The notes beneath the pieces are model-generated. The model saw only the letters and a list, made by a program, of their open reading frames with translations. It was not told the DNA's origin and did not search any database. Positions 58,137-64,000 of a DNA stretch of 64,000 nucleotides are shown here, piece after piece; within the stretch, counting starts at the first letter, position 1, and every line of letters starts with the position of its first letter. A program made the translations under genes and the position numbers. The stretch is from positions 31,582,250 to 31,646,249 of the forward strand of contig NC_134026.1 of assembly GCF_964204645.1 (NCBI RefSeq). The letters run 5' to 3'. This DNA comes from Tubulanus polymorphus. Taxonomy: Eukaryota > Animalia > Nemertea.

Positions 58137-61100
58137 GCAGAGGAAGCCTAGACAGACACATGGGCAAACAGAGGTAGCCTAGACAGACACATGGGCAAAC
58201 AGAGGTTGCCTAGACAGACACATGGGCAAACAGAGGTTGCCTAGACAGACACATGGGCAAACAGAGGTGGCCTAGACAGACACATGGGCAAACAGAGGTA
58301 GCCTAGACAGACACATGGACAAACAGAGGTAGCCTAGACAGACACATGGGCAAACAGAGGTTGCCTAGACAGACACATGGGCAAACAGAGGTTGCCTAGA
58401 CAGACACATGGGCAAACAGAGGTAGCCTAGACAGACACATGGACAAACAGAGGTTGCCTAGACAGACACATTTGCAAACAGAGGTAGCCTAGACAGACAC
58501 ATGGGCAAACAGAGGTAGCCTAAACAGACACATGGGCAAACAGAGGTAGCCTAGACAGACACATGGACAAACAGAGGTGGCCTAGACAGACACATGGACA
58601 AACAGAGGTTGCCTAGACAGACACATGGGCAAACAGAGGTAGCCTAGACAGACACATGGACAAACAGAGGTGGCCTAGACAGACACATGGGCAAACAGAG
58701 GTTGCCTAGACAGACACATGGGCAAACAGAGGTAGCCTAGACAGACACATGGGCAAACAGAGGTTGCCTAGACAGACACATGGACAAACAGAGGTTGCCT
58801 AGACAGACACATGGGCAAACAGAGGTTGCCTAGACAGACACATGGGCAAACAGAGGTTGCCTAGACAGACACATGGGCAAACAGAGGTGGCCTAGACAGA
58901 CACATGGGCAAACAGAGGTAGCCTAGACAGACACATGGGCAAACAGAGGTAGCCTAGACAGACACATGGGCAAACAGAGGTTGCCTAGACAGACACATGG
59001 GCAAACAGAGGTTGCCTAGACAGACACATGGGCAAACAGAGGTAGCCTAGACAGACACATGGGCAAACAGAGGTAGCCTAGACAGACACATGGGCAAACA
59101 GAGGTTGCCTAGACAGACACATGGGCAAACAGAGGTTGCCTAGACAGACACATGGGCAAACAGAGGTTGCCTAGACAGACACATGGGCAAACAGAGGTAG
59201 CCTAGACAGACACATGGGCAAACAGAGGTAGCCTAGACAGACACATGGGCAAACAGAGGTTGCCTAGACAGACACATGGGCAAACAGAGGTTGCCTAGAC
59301 AGACACATGGGCAAACAGAGGTAGCCTAGACAGACACATGGGCAAACAGAGGTAGCCTAGACAGACACATGGGCAAACAGAGGTTGCCTAGACAGACACA
59401 TGGACAAACAGAGGTGGCCTAGACAGACACATGGGCAAACAGAGGTGGCCTAGACAGACACATGGGCAAACAGAGGTGGCCTAGACAGACACATGGGCAA
59501 ACAGAGGTAGCCTAGACAGACACATGGGCAAACAGAGGTGGCCTAGACAGACACATGGGCAAACAGAGGAAGCCTAGACAGACACATGGGCAAACAGAGG
59601 TTGCCTAGACAGACACATGGGCAAACAGAGGTGGCCTAGACAGACACATGGGCAAACAGAGGTAGCCTAGACAGACACATGGGCAAACAGAGGTTGCCTA
59701 GACAGACACATGGACAAACAGAGGTGGCCTAGACAGACACATGGGCAAACAGAGGTGGCCTAGACAGACACATGGGCAAACAGAGGTGGCCTAGACAGAC
59801 ACATGGGCAAACAGAGGTGGCCTAGACAGACACATGGGCAAACAGAGGTAGCCTAGACAGACACATGGGCAAACAGAGGTTGCCTAGACAGACACATGGG
59901 CAAACAGAGGTTGCCTAGACAGACACATGGGCAAACAGAGGTAGCCTAGACAGACACATGGGCAAACAGAGGTAGCCTAGACAGACACATGGGCAAACAG
60001 AGGTTGCCTAGACAGACACATGGGCAAACAGAGGTAGCCTAGACAGACACATGGACAAACATAGGTGGCCTAGACAGACACATGGGCAAACAGAGGTTGC
60101 CTAGACAGACACATGGGCAAACAGAGGTTGCCTAGACAGACACATGGACAAACAGAGGTGGCCTAGACAGACACATGGACAAACAAAGGTGGCCTAGACA
60201 GACACATGGGCAAACAGAGGCTGCCTAGACAGACACATGGGCAAACAGAGGTAGCCTAGACAGACACATGGGCAAACAGAGGTGGCCTAGACAGACACTA
60301 GGCCAATAGGATTTCTTCAGACTGTGAAAACGCTACGCGATACGAATAATTGAGTGTGATTTCAATCTTTTAATACAGTGGTGTATCAATCACTCAAATT
60401 AATACTATTTGTAAATCATAAACTGATGAAGTCAAATAAATTCACTTCAATCCCTAGTTAACGTAAACATTGAAGTCACATGACTGACACTACTCAACAC
60501 AGCCAAACCTGACAGCTGACCAGTCACATGACCACCTGTGACATGTCTGGTCAGCCAATCAGGAGCTAGGGTTAGGGTTAGCTCCATCTGGTGGTAATTC
60601 CATGAACCCTAACTGAAAGTGACAGGTGCCCAGTCACATGACCACCTGTGACATGTCTAGTCAGCCAATCAGAAGCTAGGGTTAGGGTTAGCTCCGTCTG
60701 GTGGTAATTCCATGAACCCTAACTGAAAGTGACAGGTGCCCAGTCACATGACCACCTGTGACATGTCTGGTCAGCCAATCAGAAGCTAGGGTTAGGGTTA
60801 ACTCCATCTGGTGGTAATTCCAGGAACCCTAACCCTAGCTATGAGTGACAGGTGACCTGTGACATGTCTAATTACCCAATCAGAAGCTAGGATTAGGGTA
60901 AGCTCCATCAGATCTAACTGTGAGTGACAGCTTACCAGTCACATGACCTGCTACCTCAATCACCCATGTTTATAGTAATCACATCGATTTGTAAGATTAT
61001 TATCCGATGAAAATAAATACGTCACATTCAATCAACTATACATCTGCAACATATCTTCATTATCAAATCAACTTCATTTACAAGTTTATCAGACATCATC

Positions 61101-64000
61101 TTCACCATGTATTAAGCATCCAAGAAAACAAAGCAATCTTGGATGCAACTAGTTAGTTACCTAATAGTTGGTGGTAAGCTTTTTATAATCGGATGAGCTT
61201 ATACCAACAGATATGTGGGTTGTGAAAATATCCGATCGTGAAACTAAAACACAGACAGGTTACTGACTAGGATCCAACCACATTCACAAAATAAAACATA
61301 GATGCACAACTACATATCCAGACAAACATATGTGTAAAGTAGCCAGTAGTTCAGGAGGAGATTGGAGAGATCTGCAGACAACGGATGAGCTGACTTCAGT
61401 ATACCTCAACGCATCTGGACCGGTGAAAAGTCATCTTTTATACGCTTGATTCGATAATTCTAAACATCTCAGTTTTATCTCATAGATATAAATAATGTAG
61501 TAGAATTTGGGGCCTTTATGATATGATGTATGTGGCCACATCGACGTACGGTGGACGTACAGAGGACAATATTTATAATAATCCACTTCTCTATCTCACT
61601 CCTGTCCGGTACATTATGCTTCAATATCGGACAAATGAAGGGTTTGAAAATCATTTGAATTTTGAACTCATTTTTACAGAGAGAGAGAATCAAATAAAAT
61701 CCTACCTCATCTCAAAATCTTCTTTATTACGATTCTCTTCGCCTTCGATAATGACTTTAGAAGTAGTGGATGTCACGACAACTCCATCCACGACGTATTT
61801 CCTTACTTTAGTTAGAGTTCGGAAATTTCCTTTCTCTGCCGTCTGCCAATGAGAGAATAAATATATCATTACGTTTCATTTCACAGAATAAAACTTTACC
61901 TAATCCATAGTTCTTATAGATCAGTTAGAATCAAAATAACCTGATTTAATTATAAGATATCTTCAGTTTGGACTGTTTTTTTTATCAAGAGGTTCCTTGC
62001 GCCACTTGTCACCAGGCAACAAGAACAATTAGACGCCAGAAATTCACTTGACTTTTCCCTGATTTTCATGAACATTTCTCGATATTTCCAAATTTATGAG
62101 AACTTTTCAATATTATCTACGTGTAATAAAAAGAAAACAAACCTTATTTTTGACCATTCTGTTTTCAGTACGGCGTTTAACAACTTGCTCAGTTTTCCCT
62201 GGTTCTGTGACCCCGGTGACCGTGACCCCGGCGTCCGTGACCCCGGCGTCCGTCTGCTGCTGCTGGTGCGATTGTTCTGTACTACTAATAGTCTCCATAC
62301 TCTCACTATCCGTCCATTGTTTCACCGACTCACCACCAGGTGTCTCCACTATGATATCGTCGACGTTAGTTTTTTCATCCTCCGCGTTTAAATCGTCGAT
62401 ATTCGTTGTTTCGTCATCAGGCTCCGCCCCTTCTGTCAGCTGATTGACAGTTACTCCACCTTGACGTATCGCCTCGTCTATATTAGTAACAGGTATTGGA
62501 TCTTCTTGTAGTATTTCATCGATACTATCCGATACAACTCCCGGTACAGACGGTTCATCCTCATCTGACTTAATCACATCATCTACTATATCATCTACAA
62601 CAGCTTCACATACAACGACATCATCATTCTTCTTCTCTTCAGCAGCTATTACACTGTGTAACTCGTTTTCTATAGATACTCCTTCATCTTCAGCGTCATC
62701 ATCATCATCATCATCCTGAAATCATCATCAATATCAATTAAAGACTCGGAGGACAGGACTCCAGCTGACAGTTCTACAAACGCACCAACTTAAACACAGT
62801 CATGTGATTTTAGGACAAGTTGATCAAAATCGCGATTAACCGATAAACATGAAATTCTATGAATGAATAACAGTAAACTCTGCTTGCTCCACAACTGAAT
62901 AGCTGTGTTTGTTTGGGAGGAGACTGAGCTCTCCACTGAGCCAGGTGCCCCAGGTATAGCACATGCTCTGTGAGTTTAAAATCATCTAAATCTGAATCCA
63001 AAGTCTGGTGAGATCCCAGGCGAGCGCAAAGTCTACTGTATTTCATCTCATAACTGTTGAACTGAAGGTACTTATAGTAACGGAATATAGTAGCAATAAA
63101 ACATATAAATTAATTAAAACAAAAACAAAACAACATAAAACAATAAATATAAATAGTTGTGGTGAATATAAAACAAAGCAGATAAAAGTGTGAAGCAGTG
63201 GAGACAAATATAAACATAAACAAAACCGGGAATAAAAACTGAGCCTGGAGTAAAAACAAACAACACAATAGATGAAACAACATGCTGCTACCTGATCATC
63301 TGGACCAATATCCATAGTAACTGTTTCCTCCATCTGTTTATCATCTGTTTGACTTTCTAATGATGTTGCATCGTTTGAATTGTTTGATTGGTTTAATAAT
63401 AAAACAACAGGTTCGTTTTGACCCATCACAGTTATACATTCATCCATTCGGCCATCAATTTCACTGACAGGTTTAACATCAGTTTGATTGACAGGTTTGA
63501 CATCAGTTTGATTGACAGGTATGACATCAGTATCGTTGGCAGGTTTGACATCAGTATTAATGACAGATTTGGCATCAGTTTGGCTGTTCATTCTGTTTTG
63601 GCTGTTCATTCTGTTTTGGCTGTTCATTCTGTTTTGGCGGTTCATCATTTTTTCATAGTCACTTTCATCTATTGGTAAATTGTCTCCCTGATTCCTAGTT
63701 AATTGGTCCGGTTGATCACCCTGTAATTGGTCCGGTTGATCACCCTGTATTCTGGCCAGTTGATCACCCTGTAAATGGTCCGGTTGATCATCCTGTATTC
63801 TGTCTGGTTGATCAATTGGTAAGTTGCAGATTTGATCACCCTGTAAACTATCAGCCTGATCTTCTAATAAATTGTTTGCTTGATCATTCTGTTTTCTGTC
63901 TGTGTGATCACCGTGTAGACTGTCTGTGTGATCACCCTGTAGACTGTCTGTGTGATCACCCTGTAGACTGTCGGTGTGATCACCCTGTTGTCTGTCTGTG
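52768..64000 (-). CDS. SLK: STE20-like kinase SLK/STK10 (Slik), linker and coiled-coil exons only: 63292->64000, 62143-62715, 61706-61842, 55795-55918, 55411-55539, 55191-55334, 54986-55115, 54669-54793, 54406-54594, 54205-54330, 54007-54120, 52768-52911
   Basis: RTLTKVRKYVVDGVVVTSTTSKV...R|[77 protein letters not shown] and WKENLVPRKQ|CLEEEF match the SLK/LOK PKK coiled coil. The kinase domain lies outside the window. Confidence 0.92.
53505..54042 (-). repeat. 6 copies of the SLK exon 3' end plus 5' splice site, separated by C-rich spacers
   Basis: ACAATGGAAGGAGAACCTTGTACCGAGAAAACAG|GTATC with donors at 54006, 53919, 53838, 53750, 53667 and 53516. Confidence 0.92.
55546..55757. repeat. 31-bp intronic minisatellite (ATAATTCATTGATAATCTCAATCATAACGAG), about 7 copies, abutting an acceptor
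   Basis: Read directly. Confidence 0.9.
56167..56628 (-). CDS. Candidate alternative (first or cassette) exon of SLK
   Basis: About 154 open codons of non-repetitive sequence ending ATCAG|GTAAAT in phase 2, the phase needed for the KQDLREL exon. Contains MGNVFS at 56615; in-phase acceptor TTTAAACAG at 56629. Confidence 0.65.
56640..56810. repeat. About 30-32-bp tandem repeat (AAACTAGGTCATCTAGAG..TGACCTCGCTGT), about 5 copies
   Basis: Read directly. Confidence 0.85.
57865..60298. repeat. (GACA)n microsatellite and 3 x about 50-bp units followed by a 31-bp satellite (CTAGACAGACACATGGGCAAACAGAGGT(A/T/G)GC), about 70 copies
   Basis: Read directly. Confidence 0.96.
60510..60950. repeat. Second array (about 4 units) of the TTAGGG-containing family seen at 30255-30600
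   Basis: Same core sequence. Confidence 0.85.

Overview
Eukaryotic genomic DNA from an invertebrate animal (AT-rich, GT-AG introns). A spiralian/lophotrochozoan origin is only my inference. Splicing exons by hand gives six genes: FAM204A (-, 3' end outside the window), MARCHF5 (+), an NCKX/SLC24 K-dependent Na/Ca exchanger (-), HEATR4 (+), a complete NALCN (-) and the 3' part of an SLK/STK10 (Slik) kinase gene (-). NALCN carries mutually exclusive domain-II pore exons (EEEE vs EKEE). Introns are filled with unrelated minisatellites, and almost all long ORFs in the supplied track that fall in these arrays are artefacts. The most unusual pattern is that many arrays duplicate the exon-intron junction itself: 13 near-identical acceptors in NALCN, about 38 in-frame donor-like units in MARCHF5, 6 donors/pseudo-exons in SLK, plus several 2-copy cases. 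Other items of interest are a frame-compatible internal SLK exon containing MGNVFS (possible kinase-less isoform), a Penelope/hammerhead-like inverted repeat just upstream of the NALCN pore exons, Harbinger-like MITEs (CWG TSD) that have seeded satellites, and a 34-bp palindromic mini-element with a 9-bp TSD. No CRISPR, rRNA or intact transposase was seen. Gene names come from recalled protein motifs, not from database searches.
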